Positions 25,296 to 40,200 of a stretch of 64,000 nt of DNA are shown piece after piece. This stretch comes from an uncultured virus (IMG/VR IMGVR_UViG_3300008954_002234) (taxonomy: Duplodnaviria > Heunggongvirae > Uroviricota > Caudoviricetes): IMG/VR virus record IMGVR_UViG_3300008954_002234. The stretch is one strand, 5' to 3'. Under the pieces are notes generated by a model, which searched no databases, was not told the origin of the DNA, and saw nothing but the letters and a program-made list of their open reading frames with translations. The position numbers and the translations under genes are program-made. Positions within the stretch are counted from its first letter, which is position 1; each line of letters starts with the position of its first letter.

Positions 25296-28200
25296 TTCTT
25301 CATTAAGTCAAGGATAAGCGGGTTATCTTCTGGCACATACAAAGTCTTAATTTCTCCGGGCATACAGTGATGAACACAAGGGCCTAGATAGTCATTTGGG
25401 TTATGAATATTCCTTCTTACAGCCTTTACATATTTATTAGCTTCATAAACCGCTAACGCCAAATTAAATTCAGGCTCAATCTCAAAAACCCCCTTAGCTG
25501 AAACACGCACCCCTTCCGCAGTCTCTTGAGAGGAGTATTTAGGACCAACCACCTCATCTCCGTCAGACAAATCAAAAGCAGCCTCATAAGAACCCTCTCT
25601 TACGTAAGACCCTTTTTTACCATTGCTACATATACTGTGGTAGCCACCATTCTCGTAGTCAACCTTTCCAATTACATCATTAGAACAAGTATATTTCTTA
25701 GTTACTGATGTTGCCAATATATCAGCTTCTTCTGGCCTGTATTTATCCCTTAGCTCTTCTGGCAGGGACAATATAAACTCATTATCAGCAATTATTTCAT
25801 ACTCTGTCCATACTTTAGTAGTTTCTAAAAAGGCAGACAGGAAAGGCTTATCTTTGGTCTGGCAACCAAATACTATCTTATTTTCATAGCCTGCTTGAAT
25901 ATAATCACTTCCTCTAATGTCTACCAACTCTGACAAAATAGGCTCAAAACCGTGAGACCCAACCTCCCCTACTTCTATTTGAGAGCCCTTGTGAAAAGGG
26001 AACTGATCTTCGCTAACATCGTAAGTCCTAGAAGTAGCGTAATTTAGTATCTCACCTCCATAAGCGTAAGCTCTCTTCTGCAAAGTAGTCGGCAGAGGTA
26101 AGCCTTCCCCTTTTATAGGATTTACAAAGCCTTTATCAACCTTCTCTCGTGCTGGAGGATTACAATAGACACCTACTTCCTTGTTAATGTTTACTGTATT
26201 AGGAAACCCAACATCAGTAGGAGTAAACTCAGCGCTCAGCTCTTTAAAGTTCTCTTCATCTACAAGTTTATCATCATTCTCGTCCCATATTTTCGACTTA
26301 TCAATATTATAATCCTCTATATTAGCTGACGTATTATTTGATTGAAATGTTCCCGCTCCATCAGCCGTAAACGCAGAAAAGTAAGCTCTTTTTGTTTTAT
26401 TATCACTAGGATCAAAATATACTATATAATTAACTTTTGATTTATTCTCGTAAGACAAGTAGTCAAATGTTGTTTCGTTATTTCCCCAAAGATAGCGACT
26501 TTCCCCAGCATCCTTAGAATCATCATCGCTTGCAAATTCTAACCCTGCCATTACTGGGTTACTTATATACCTATACTCAATCCTTTTAAACCTTCTTATC
26601 TTAGCATATACTGGCGCATTGACAGTTATCCTGCTCATGAAGTTTACGGCCCTAGCGTAAGTATTAAAAACCTCTGATGTTAAATTAGCTCCCGGCACCA
26701 GACCAAAAGACTCAGGTAAGTCGGAGTTATCCTCTCTAGAAAAAGAGCTAATCCAAGGAGTAGTCTTTTCTATTACCTTATTAGGTATCACCCTATAATC
26801 CGCAAGTGTACCATTGTTGGCTAAAGCTTTAGCAGAAGCAGCTACTACAGCAGGATGAGTCTCAAACTGAACAACATGTCTTATGCTGCCGTTAGCGTCA
26901 AAAGCTAACTGACTCGTGTTTTTAGTTCCTTCATCATCTTTATAATCAGTTGAACCTCTATTGTAATACCCCTCCATACTAGAGCTTTCTGTGCCTTTTA
27001 TCTCCCGTTCGTCTTGCTCTACAGCATCTCCATAAAAATCCTGATCCTGCAGATCAGAAAGCGTCTGATTAACAAAATTACCTATCGACTGAATTCTGTC
27101 GGCTTGATCTTGTATGTCAGACCAAGTTTTGTTATCCTCTGAGCTACCAACCATGAAGTCTACTTTTGGCTTAGAGTTGCTAGAGCTTACGTCATCCACA
27201 TTATAGTAATCATCTATGGAGTCTGTCTGTCGCCTAGTCAGCCCAAATTCCTCTTGGTACTCCTTAGGTAGAGAACTCTCATTTCCTGTTAAGGTTACAT
27301 CAACAACAGTTAACCCTTGCTGCTCAATCCAAGTTTCAGCAACCCCTTCTGTGATGTACTCTAAACCTTTCTCACTGTAAGTATTTTTGTTGCCAATAGT
27401 AGTTGCTTGACTTATAACAGGCATGCTAGATACTTTATGTTGTTCTATTCTTTTGTTCTTCTGCTTATCCGATAAATCAACATACCCATGGCCACCGTTA
27501 GTTACTTCAATAAACTTAATCTTACCGTCCTCTATGGTAGCCCTTCCCTTAGCCTGTTGTCCCTCATCTGGCGCAGCTATCGTAACTGTTGGGGCGGTTC
27601 TGTAGTTAGCTCCTTTACTTAACAAGACCACCTTAGATATTCCCCCTCTATTTATTTTATCTTTGTAGCTAGCCCTCATACTATGATCAAAGTTTATCAT
27701 ATAAAGCCTAGTATAAGGTGTATCTATCTCCAAATTAGAATTCTTTTTAATATAATGGAACTCACCAAGAGTGCTTGTTCCAGACTTAGGAAAGGACACA
27801 GACTTGCCTATTAAATCATTTTCTGAAAGATTTATAGAGTACTTGCCATTAACAGACGAGCCCAACTTAGAGTCTATTATAGTAGAAGTCCATTTGAAAG
27901 GTATTCTAAGTGCGCTATTATTAGCAATTTTAATTTCCAAGTTTTTATTAACGTACGATATTTCTGCCTTAGTAATTTTTAACCTGTATTTATCGGTGTC
28001 ATTTATTTCTTTTTTAGTTTTTACTTTATATTTATCTTTTATAGAGTCTAAACCTGTATCAAAATCGTCCCATGTAGAAGTATTTGAGTTATATTTCTGC
28101 AGATCGCATTTAAATCTTTCAGGCTTAACAAAGAAGTTCGCGGCCTCTCCATCAAAGTCCTTTTCAAAACCTTGCCAAAAGTCTCTTATAGTATAAGATA

Positions 28201-31200
28201 AAGTATATTTATCAGAGTATGTAGCGTATATATATTGACAAGTAGCTGGCATACCCATGTCATAAAATAAATTATTAGCAAACGCTCTCCCAGTAATAGG
28301 CTTTGCTTCATTATCAAACGTAGTCAAATTGTCCCGCTTCTGAGTGTACGTTAATAAAGACTGATAGCCCTCTGTTTTGTAAGATGGATTTACATTCTTA
28401 AATACATTATCATTATCTGTTAAAGGCTCTTCGTCATTCAAAACAGGCAGCTGATAGTCAAAATAATCAAGAGACATATTTGCCTCATCGCTAGTGTACT
28501 TAGTGGAGTGCGGCTCGCTATTTATATATTCGACTCCTTCCACAAAACATATACTACTATAAATAATTTGTTTTCTTTCTTGTTCTGTAGTGTTTTCGCC
28601 ATTAATTACTATTTGTAAGTTCTCTTCTGTATTTTGTATTATATTTGTACCCTCACTCAAATCAGTAGAGCCTATTTTGGCGCTCTTTATACTATGGTGT
28701 TTCCGATAAATGTATCTATATTCTATATTTTTATTGAGCTTAACATTGTATGTATATACATTATCTTTATAGTTAACTGTATCTATTGCGCAGTTAGGTC
28801 TATATAGAAGATTTTTAAAAGATAAAAAGATATCCTTTATTTGAGACCAGTGGTTGTCTATAGTAGCGTCTTCGTGATTTGGGTTTATATACATTTCCAA
28901 ATTGTGAACAGTTCCGTCTGGCCATTTATCTACATTCTCCCATGAATAATTATTTAGAGTTTGTCCTCCGCTATTTTCCGCGTTCCAATATTTTGCTACG
29001 GTAGATAGCTCAAGGTTGGCCCTGACTGTATCTCCGGAGTATACCTCTCCTCCCCACTTATCTACAGAAATATCATCATCATTGATATCGGTGAACGGAG
29101 CTTCTAAAAAGAAAGTTAGATTGGAGATACAAATAGGGTAACTTAAAGTAGTCAAAGGATCTGTAGCAGCATTTTCGTCTGCCTGTTCAACTTTATATAT
29201 CTTTTTAAGCACCGAAGGCTCTGCTCTATGAGTGCCATCTGGCTCCGTTGCTAAGTCAAAATAGTTTACTATTTTGTAGTGGTCCTCGTTAGTTAAAGTG
29301 ACAGTATTGTCGTTACCAATGTTATCATAATCTTCCTTGGTAAATATTTTTAATAGTCTAAAAGAATACAATTCAGTTGCGTCGTTGTACGCTGTTACCT
29401 TAATAAAATATACCCCACCGTCACTCTTTAACAGCACCGAATCTCCATTACGTACAGGGGTTTCAGATGTTATTGTAGTAGATCCGTTAAAGTTTTTATT
29501 CTCACCACTTTGACTCAGCTTTACCCAGCTGCCCCTTTGCTTCACGACCCCTCCGGGCTTAGCTATATCATGATAAGATATTGAATTTACTTCCGTGTCT
29601 AGGTAGTACTGCAAGCTAGTAGACGAAGCATTATTAGTTAAGTAAGCGCCGACTTTGTCATCTGTCTTTAAGTCTTCAAAGACCAACTTGCGTTCTGTAA
29701 GCTTTTTCAGCCTGAACCTAATTTTGTCATACCTTTGTTTTCCCCTACTGGATATCAAATTTATCCCAAAAAACTCTGGAGAAGCATCTCTTATTGCATA
29801 CGTATCAAAAGGCAAGAAAGCATAACCAATATTATTCTTAAGGGTCTTCATCCTGTTACCAAGGACTAGCCTTACTCTCTTCTCAAAGTCAGAGGCATAT
29901 GTATTACTAGTGCTATGATCGTGGCCAGCGTGATCCGTATTAACTTCAGAGAAGCCTCCTTGAGTTGCGTCTTTCTTGAAGTCTAAATCAAGGCTTTTTA
30001 GCACTCCGTCAGGACGGAATACTAAAGTTTTATCAGAGGACACAGCGAGAACCATTGCCACCTTAGAGGCGTCTCCCCCAGTAAGGCTGTTCGCAGGAAA
30101 AGTAAATTCACTTTTTATCTCATATTCATAACCGGGATATTCTATATAGTAGTCGTCCTTATTAAACCCAACCCTAATGACGGAGTTCCCTTCACCGTCT
30201 TCTCTTAAACTTATAGGCTCGCTATCGACTATATTAAGAGAAGGAGAAACTCCATCCTTTTTAGGTATTACAAATTCAAAGTAATATTGGTCTTGGAATA
30301 CTTCTTCTTGACTATCTTCATCGGACACTTTAACTTTTTGTTTTATCCATTCCCCATCTATATCCCCCAACCTCCTACCTTTAATTAACTCTACGCTATC
30401 ACCAGAGGAGACTTTATCTATTATCTCACCAGCAACAAACTCATCTTTATCATCTTGAGAAGTAACGACACTCCACTGAGGGCTTTGTATATCATGATCC
30501 GCGCTGTCCATTCTGGCCTCCAACTCTTCGCTTATCTCTTTTGATTCGGCCTCAAAAAGTTCCTTATCTTCTTCCGCTTGGTCTTCTTCCAGATCAACCA
30601 CAAACTGAGAGCTTTTAAATAAAGCGTAATAATGGTATTTTATACTATATGTTGCGTGTCCAGCCACTCCCCTAAACTTCTCTCCGGGAGCGTACTCTTT
30701 TCCCATGTATATAACCACCGGCTGAAAGTCTCTATCCTCTGTTCCTTCAGCGTCTATATCAAGCTCTTCTTTTGTTGCGTCGTCTCTACCATATTTATGG
30801 AAAGGGTATTCTGTAGCTTTAAGTCTTTGAGAATCGGAAACAAAATTATAGTTGCTAGCATCAAAATCTTCTAGGGCATACTCTCTATTGGCCTCTATGC
30901 CACCAAAAGTAACCAAGTTATTCCTTTCGTCAAACTTTTTACAATGACACAATCTCTCATGTCCTGTATTGAGTGAGTAAGCTATTACATTGTGCGGCAT
31001 GTTCCAAGACAACTTAAGTCCATTAGCTATATAATCTATAGGGTTTTTGTCATAAATAATACTCTTCTGTCCGTCTTTCTTATTCCCATATAAAGTAACT
31101 CCAAATTTATAAAAAGTATTGTAGTGTTCTATACTATCATAACCAGAGCCTATTCCGAACTGATAGTAGTTTGTCTGGAACATATTAGAAAACTTGTATC

Positions 31201-34200
31201 TGGCTCCTATATAGTCAACCATTATTTCTTTTCTTAATATGCTTTGGGCATTGTCTTCTACTTCATCATAGTAATCTATATCTTTTATTAAATTTTGTAT
31301 GTCGGCGCTCTTAAGTTTCAAGAACCAGTCTCTTTTGTTGTATCTTGGGCATAGACCATAAGAGGCATCGCCTGAAGAAAAGTCCACTCTCTCCGAGGAA
31401 TATAACTTAGTCGAACTCTCCCCATTGATAGACACATCAATGTTTGATCTGGAAGCATTCATCAACTTAAACGTATCGCTGCTAGCCTCAACATCGGCGG
31501 GCTGAGTTATCACGTAATTAGCTCCTTCTATGAAATGCTTAGGCCTAATAACGTCATATTCTTCCCTCTTTAAAGCGTTAGCGCCGTCTACGCCCTCATA
31601 AAAGGCCCGACTGGGATTTAAGGTACTCTGCCTAGACTGTGACTCATCTGATGAATCAAGTTTTGCGTTTATCCTGTCATCATAAACATAACAAGGGTTA
31701 CGTCCAATATTCGCATAGAGTAATTCTTTTTTATCATTACCGGCGTTATAGAATATATCATAGCTGTCCTTGAAAATTAAAATCTTATTAGTATAGGAAG
31801 ACTTGTTTAAATAAGCTGATTTAAAAAGACTAATTCCCCCTCTACCCGGATCTGAGCTATACTTACTCGCTCCTTTCTGACTAAGAACTTTATCTTCTCC
31901 TTTAAACTTGATATCATAGAAAGAATCTTTATAAGTCTGTAGTTCAGTTATGCTTGGATTACTATTCCCATTTTGAGAACAAGATAGCATGACCCTAGGG
32001 TGTACGTCTTGTACAGCATCTTCCGACTGATACTTCTCATTGTTAGAATCAAGCCTCCTGAACTCATAAGAGTACCTATCATCCTCTCTTTGCACGCTAT
32101 ATATAGAAAATCCAGTAGATTGATTATTTTTAAATGTATAATGATAAAACTTTTTAGCAAGAATTACCTTGTTGTTAACAGAAGTATCTAATACAAACTC
32201 ATTAACATGACACAAAGGAGAAATAGGCTCACCTTGCCCAGAACTGGTAAAAGTAGCCGCGTCACTTGTTGTAATCTTTATCGGGTCTTGTGTCCTGTTA
32301 GTAACTGTATAGCCAACAGCAAAACTCTTTGTTCTCCCATCCCAGTTTTTTCTGCTTTCTATATCGTCTTTGCTTTTCCTCGGTAAATAATCATATATAT
32401 CGATAAAAGGCACAAGAGTAGTATTAAAAAAGCTATCAGAATCAAACTTGATAAATTCAACTGTACTTGAGTCAAAATAAACTACCTTATTCTCATAAAT
32501 ATTTCTGTCTAAGTTTAGGCCAACATCGACTTTAGAAAACTCTATATTTTTATTTTTGTTTAGTATGTTAAAGTTGGCACCACCCGAAGTTGTCAAATCA
32601 ACATAGCAGTCTGCTGGCAGCTCATATACACCAGAAGAGCCATCGATAGTTCCGCCACTTCCATGATTAACATGCCTTATATGAAACGTCTTAGAAGTAT
32701 TATTTAAAATCTTTATATCTTTTAAAGAGCTATTAAGCAACAAAGGAGTAGAGCTTGAATTGACGTTCGAAGCTAAAAACTCTCCCGTCTTAGAATAATA
32801 AAGGGAATTACCAAGAGAGACGGCCTCTATACCATAAGTGGCATTACTACTTACGTCCGAGTAAGTAATAGCGAAAGACGAATAAGAACCTTTAATTCTC
32901 TTAACTGTTCCTGCTGCCATAGTCGCTGAAACAGTTCCGGTTGGGTCCACTAAGCTGCAAGAATGCCTTGAAGCATTAACTAATGTAAAATAGAAATCCT
33001 GAGAATCTCCCTCGTACGCATTTATATAGATCGACAACGAAGGTAAGTATATATTAGCTCCGTGTTTTACTATCTTTTGGATAAAAACATCGTTTTCTTG
33101 CGGGCCTTCCTCCGGTTCAATATTCTGTATGATTTCATCTTCTTTTATTATATATCTTACCTTATGCACCGACCTGCCTATTAAATCCGTCCTATGCTCA
33201 GATACAGTATTACGATCTTTATCAAAAAGGCAATCTTCACTATATTCAATGCTTGTTATTATCTCTTCATCTGCCGGGCTTCCATCTTCATCTTCTACTA
33301 TTTCCTTAACAGCTTTTGTTTTTATTAAATCTTTTATAGATAGCTTTAATATTTCGCCTTTTTCTAAATAATTTTTATATACATTTTGACGCTGGAAGCT
33401 CGTTAGCTGTCCATCTGAGTATCCCCATAAAGAATATTGTTCATTTACAGGCTTAGAATCAAAATAACCAAGCAGCTCCGAGTTCAAATCAGTAGTGTCT
33501 TTTATTCTCTCGCTATTATGACCACCAAAGAAGTTGGCCTCAACAGAAGAAATTTTAAGGTTTTCATAGCCGTGATTGATAATATTTAAAGTACTATTTC
33601 CCTCTGAGCCTAAACCAACTAGCCTATAGTAATCGTCTGCCTCTTTGCTTTCGTCAGGCTTAAGAACGAAATTCGTTTCCTCCATTTCCTTTTGCTCTGA
33701 CTTTCTGTAATATACATCTAAACTGATTTGTATCTCTTTACCAAACACATGATGAGTCTTTTCTTTGTCTAACGAGACAGCAGGATACTCTATTTCTCTT
33801 TGTTCGTTAATCAACGGAAAAAGAGACTTAAACTGAATAGTAGCGTGTACCCTGAAATAGTCATAATCATCAAGGAAGTGTGTCGCCGCACTTAAATCAT
33901 CGTCCGTCTTAAAGTTCTCTATTTGAGCTTTATAAGTTACCCTAGAATGTAATACATTATCTGATTTATTATTATCTACAGGAATTAACTCTATTTGATC
34001 TATTAGCCTTATAGGCTTTGTTGAAACATTTATTATATTAAAATTACTAAAAGAATCACTATTGCCTGTAGGTCTATATTCCCAATTTCCCCATTCTGGA
34101 TCGACATTCTCTCTATAATCATCGGTTCCATCTGGATTATAAAGGTAAGGCATAGTAACGATAAAATCTTTCTCAACTATTATATCTTTTCCATTATGTA

Positions 34201-37200
34201 TCTCATGATCATAAAATATTCTATTCGGTGCTGTCAAATAGAAGGAGTCAACTTTTGATCCTTGTTTTATCGCATTGAGCGGACGCGCGTCAAAGCCTGA
34301 GTACTCGCCATCCTCGCCATCCTCAAAGGATATAACCTCTCCAAGCAGTATAGAATATTTTTCTAAACCTATAGAAAAGCCCAATTCGTTACCGTAATCT
34401 GTGGATGTGGCTGTTAATGGGACTTGGGGGTTGACCCCGTAATTAGAGGCGTTACTTATTAACAAACCTTTAAGCGCATCTATAGTCACAGAAAGAGTTC
34501 TAGAGAAATTGACCACCTTAACAGGCATATTGCTAACATTTAAGATAGCCACATTACCCAAATTAGAGAAAGAGTCTGGCAATACTATTATATCATTCTT
34601 ATCATAAAGACCTCTTATGAAATCGTATATAACAAAATTCAACAGCCCTCCATCATACCCGAAGGGAGTAGCAGCCGAATCAAACCCTAAGCTTTTTCTG
34701 TCTGGTATATGAGCTTCGTTAGACGGATAATAAATAGCCTCCCTATTAGAAGTATTAAAGTTCTGCACAGTAAAGCTACCGTTTCCACCATGCTTATATA
34801 TTCTCTTCTTTGAAAATGTGTCCTGAGAAGCATCATTTGTATTATACATAACAACCTCTTCATCAGAACCGTTAATCATTATATCGTTATCAAAATCATT
34901 GTCGGTTAAAGCAGCTTTAGCTGTAAACTCACCACTTGCTAAAATTTGATTGCCTACAGCTTGAAGTTTAGTTATATTGTTAGTATCTATTCCATTCGTA
35001 GAATCATAGCCCAATGCAACATGTATTCCAGATTCAGCTAAGTCTCCGCTAGAGAAATTTCCTAAAGTATCATGTCTATAATCATTATAATCGAGCGCTC
35101 CCAATCCGCCTCCTATGGCCTGTTGGTCGCTGAACTTTTTAATTGATGTTTCCTCTGCCCCAACGTTTAATATAGTAGCAGATCGATGCCCTAGGTTCTC
35201 TACTTTGAAAAATTCTGAGAAAAAGTAAAAATCGCTAGAGCCAGTAACATTAATTTTAGAAGCATCAGACAAGCTATTAGAGGTATGAAGATAAAAACTA
35301 TTCTCGTTTATTACTTGTATATAGTAAGTCTGAGCCTTTTTATTATCTGTAAAGTCTAAGTTTGCAGCCAAAGAAGTTCCAGCTGCCTCAGCTGTAGCGG
35401 CACTTAGCTTGGTCTGCTGCAAGGCAAACACCTCGCCCGCATCAACACCCGCCTCATTAGAGTCTTTATTAATATATACAAAAGCTAATTTATCATTTAG
35501 CTTAAGTTTTGCGCCCGTTTCTCTGAGCCCAGAGTCTACGTCAGCCATAAAGAAACTAGCTTCTTCAAGTTTCCCGCCCTTATATGTGAAATAGAAAAAC
35601 TCTCCGGCTTTTTGAAGCCAGACAAGTAAAGACTCTCCCTCTGCTATACTTGTTGCACCCGTTACAACTCCATTCCAGTTAGCTTTAAAATACTCTATGT
35701 CATCGTCCTGTTCTCCATCATCAATTTCATAATAATAATCAGCTATAGTCAACCTCTTACTATCGAAAGTTATTTTTTGACCAGATACAAAATCATGATT
35801 TAGAAGGTTAAATTTATCATTTCCTTCTGGAGATATCCTTTTTGAGCTAGTGTCAATGGAATATTTATGAACTTTTTTAACTTCTTGATCAATTCCAACA
35901 AGCTCTTTTAACTCCAAGAATCTCTTTATGTCAAGAGCAGATAAAGAACCATCAAATATAGCCACGTCGCCATCAACTAAAAAGTTATCCTTTCTCGGAC
36001 TCTTTGCATTAGTTAGTTGCAGATTGTCGTAGTTGCTAACGTCTGCACCTTTCTTAAAGACTGATTCAACACTACCAAAAGGAAAGACTGTGTTAATAAG
36101 CTTATCCGCATTATCTGGGTAGACTACGCCCATGCTGGACTCTGAATTGTTTATCAATATAGCGTTGTATCCCTGCGCTGTATTAAAATCACCACCTAGC
36201 GTCGGAAGCTCGAAAGCAAAATCGTCTTGGTAATTTATAGCTACCTGAGTTTTACTGTTTCCGGGATGAGATAATCTATGCTTGTTGGCTCTTTCACTTG
36301 ATACGGTATTAACATAAAATTTACTATGCTTTGCTTTTTCATTATCATCAGCGCCTTGAGCGACTTTAGATATTTTAACAAAATTTGACCTAGAGATAGA
36401 AGTTTCATAACTCTCAACATCTTCCTCTTTACCTTCGGCAGCAAATCTACAGAAATCATTTTCAGCAGAAAGATTTACAGTAAATTCATCAACTGCATTC
36501 TGGCTTGTTAAAAATATCTCAAAATTTTGAGGGTAGTCGTTCGACTCTTCGAAAAGTATTCCGATCCCCTCTGCTTGTTCCATAGAATATACTTTTCCAT
36601 GAGATTGCGGTCCAACTGATATACCGCCATCAGTTAGTAAGGGTATATTTTCAAAGGCCCAACCATAAGACTTTTTCTCGATACGCAACCCAAGAACTTC
36701 TCTTCCGGCAACATACTCTAATTCATCGTCAACAAAGACCCTCATTATGGGCAGTTTTGCCGTAGCTGTCCCTTTAACTTGAGATCTTAACACACTAAAG
36801 CTGAAACCCGTGCTTGTGCTAGCAGAGTCTATCCTTACATCTACATCTTCATTATGTATAAAAACATCTCCGTCATTACTATTAGCTACGGAAAGTTGGT
36901 TATATTTTATAACATCAATATCAGAGGTAGTCCAAGCGCTACTAGAATAGGTAAATTTTCTAGTCTTGTTTTTGGGTATAAAATCTACAGGTTTAGAATC
37001 TATTTTAAAATTAGAATCTGAGACCACTTCTACATCATGGTTGGTAGAATTTAAAAGTGTTATATGCTCAGAATCATTGAAGCCATCTGGCAAATAGACT
37101 TTAGAGTCAGTGTCTATAACGCCAGTTATATTAGCGTCACTATCTGTAAATCTTATTTTATCATGCTCAAATAACACAACGCCAGAAAGAGTTGGAGACT

Positions 37201-40200
37201 CCTTAGTACCGTCTGATAAGTATGTGACCCCCTGTAAAGAACCAAGAGTTGAGTCTTGAGAGCCTTGAGAGCCTTGGTCAGAAGCAACAAAACAACTTCC
37301 AGTAGATATGTTAGCCAAGACAGCGCTCCTCTCTAGCCTTGAGTCACTTACATGAACCGTACTTAAGTCGTCCAGAATGACTAAGCTGGCTTCATCATCA
37401 GAAGAATCATTCTTTACTACAGGCACTATGCTTTCAATAGGGGTCTCGGTGCCCTTAGATGCTGTGCCAGCGCTGTCTACTGTAACAGTCGATAAAGTCT
37501 TCTCAGAAAAGGTAATGCCACCTGCTGCTTTGTCGTCATCATCTATGTTTATAACATCGAATGAATAGTCTTTTCCTTGTATTGAAAAGTCCCCACCGGA
37601 CAAAAGGAATGTGTTATCTAACTTATCCTCCTCTGGCCAAACCTTATCATCGCTATTTATCTCAAAGCTTCCAGTTATGTATGGGCTGTTGTAGAACTCA
37701 TGAACAGGTCTATACGATACACCGCTTACGCCAGTCTCTATTGATACGCCCCCACCCCCTGTGACAAAAGAGGAGCAAGAAAAGTTAATTATCTGTCCAT
37801 CGTTATAATCGACGTCTCCGCTGGTGTGCCCATATATATCAAACGTACTAAATGCCTCTAACCCCTCAAAATGCGTACCTGTGATAGAAGGAGTAAAAAA
37901 CAACCTTGTCTGCCCTCCGTCCAAACCGACGCTCTCTCCTGTCTTTATAAATGGCTCCCCAAAACTCTTTTCTACTCTATTGAGAATCAGCCCACTGGGC
38001 CTTAAACCAACAACAGTCTTAATTTTTTCTGTGCTATCTATAGCTGAATCGGCGTTATATATCCTTAAACCAGTCAAGTTCGTAACTTCGTAAGGCTTGT
38101 TGTTTTCCATGTTAGAAAACTCGGAAGTAGAAGAAGGTTGGCCTCCTTCAGCCATTGAGAAAGTGTCATCAATAGATAAAGACTGAACCTTCATCTCGTC
38201 ACTGGTGTCAGAGCTTAGTAATATTTTCTCACTCGAGTCTTTATGTACTATATAAGTCTCATTTGGATCTAAGTGCACGATCCCCTGACTATCGTCAATC
38301 TCGGTATAGTTACTAGCCTGAGATGAATCTTCATCATTTGCAGCTTTTTGAGTTATATCTAATAAAGTACCTGTTGTCGGGACGCTAATCTCCAAAGGCA
38401 TAAAATTAAGTTTCTTTATAACCTCGGCGTTTGAACTAGTTGAAGATATAGATATTTTTTGTCTTTTTTCTACTCTAAACTCTATCTCTTCTGGCTTATA
38501 CTTTTTAGTTATATCAGTTTTATTAATTAAAGTAGGTACTATGTAAGCATGGTTAATGTTTCCAAAAGAATTTGGGTCGCCTCCACTATAATCATCATTT
38601 AAAAACAGAAAATAATCCTCGTAAGAGCTAACAGAATCTACATCAGTCCAATTACTTCCCGAATCTAAAGAATATTGAAGTTGATACGCCCATCCGCCTT
38701 GAGCAGATCTGGAATTTTTAAAACCAGTGTCGGATATTATAACAGCATCTTTTGTATAAAGTTTATATACATATTTTGTTACCCTTAATCTAGACCCCCC
38801 TTCAAAAGAAGAGTTTTTTGAGCTATGAAATGGCATGAGCCTAGAATCTTCTCCTCCTTTTTTACCAAGCCTTATATTCTCTATAGAAGAATTTCCTAAA
38901 TATTCATAATAGTAAGGAGCCTTGTTATCATTGAATCTATTAACTGATCTTTTTGAATTTCTTGTTCTGTAATGATAATTATCTAATTTTACTCTAGAGA
39001 AAACGGCAGAACTAGACGGTCCAGACGACCCGGAAGAGTTATCGACCACTATAGGTTCTCCCTCGTAATTCTTATTTATATGTGGGTTGTTCGGCGCTCT
39101 ATACGCATAGCTACTAATATAGTTTGTCTGAGCCCTTGAAATGGAGCGATTCTGCAGTGATGAGTTAAACAACATCCATTCGCTCATATGCTGAGTTGCC
39201 TCACCTTCATTCTCTTCGTGATAATCGTCCGGAGGGTTTACATTATTAAAAGTATTTTTATTAATTACCCAACTAGACAGAGGGCTGATATATCTGCTAT
39301 AATTGAATTTAAGTATTTTATATCTTCTTGGCAGAGGATCAAAACCAAAGTCGCTTTTAGGTATAGATCCCCCTATCCCTCTATATATAGATTGACCTAT
39401 ATATATTCTAGGTTGATAAAGGTTGGCCTTTAAGCCTTGACCTATAACTAAAGCCGCGCTGCTACTCGACACTTTAAAGGCGTCATATGCTGTATCCTCT
39501 TCCAAATCTTGACGCTTTCCTTCATCATACAAGTACAACTTTGAAACCGGCTCATTTTCGCTGCCTCTTTCTACTACTTTTGCTATAGCTATATGCTTCC
39601 AAGCATTTTGCCAATTATTGCTCAATGAATACGAATAAGTTGTACCTTTCAAGTCAATCTTCAAAGTGTCTTGGTCATGCATGTATATCTTAAATACGCC
39701 CGACCTTTCAAAAATTACTTTATTGTTTGATGATCCATTGTCATAACCCTTGATCCAAAACTCAAAAGAAAATTCGCCCGGCAAAATATTGAAGGCTCTA
39801 CTGCGAGAAACTGCAGCGCCATCATCAAATGATATTTGTAAATAATTAGCGTTGTTGCCATCAAATACCATTTGATATACATTAGTACCACCCCAAGTCA
39901 CCTGAGAAGTAGTTACTCCGTTGGTTGTTGTCTGACTTATGTTGTGACTAAACTTAGATAAATCATAAAACTTATGAGAAGCCGCGCTCTTTAATATTAA
40001 GCTATCTGGAGATTCACTGGCAAAGGTCATCTCCCTGAAGTCAGTAACAACAGGGGAAGTAAACCACTCTACTATCCTGTAGTTGGCATCAGTGTCGCTA
40101 GATACACCATTTACAGACTCTGTCATTGCTGACTCAGACGTAGCCTCTATTGCATGAGAAATAGTTTGCCAAGCAGACTGAGCATCTGCCCTATGTTGTA

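Noticed and set aside
18312..37275. Short 9-bp tandem repeats (about 18312 EVNEVN, 34305 EDGEDG, 37255 QGSQGS)
   Set aside because: In-frame 2-3 copy microduplications; not CRISPR-like or regulatory.
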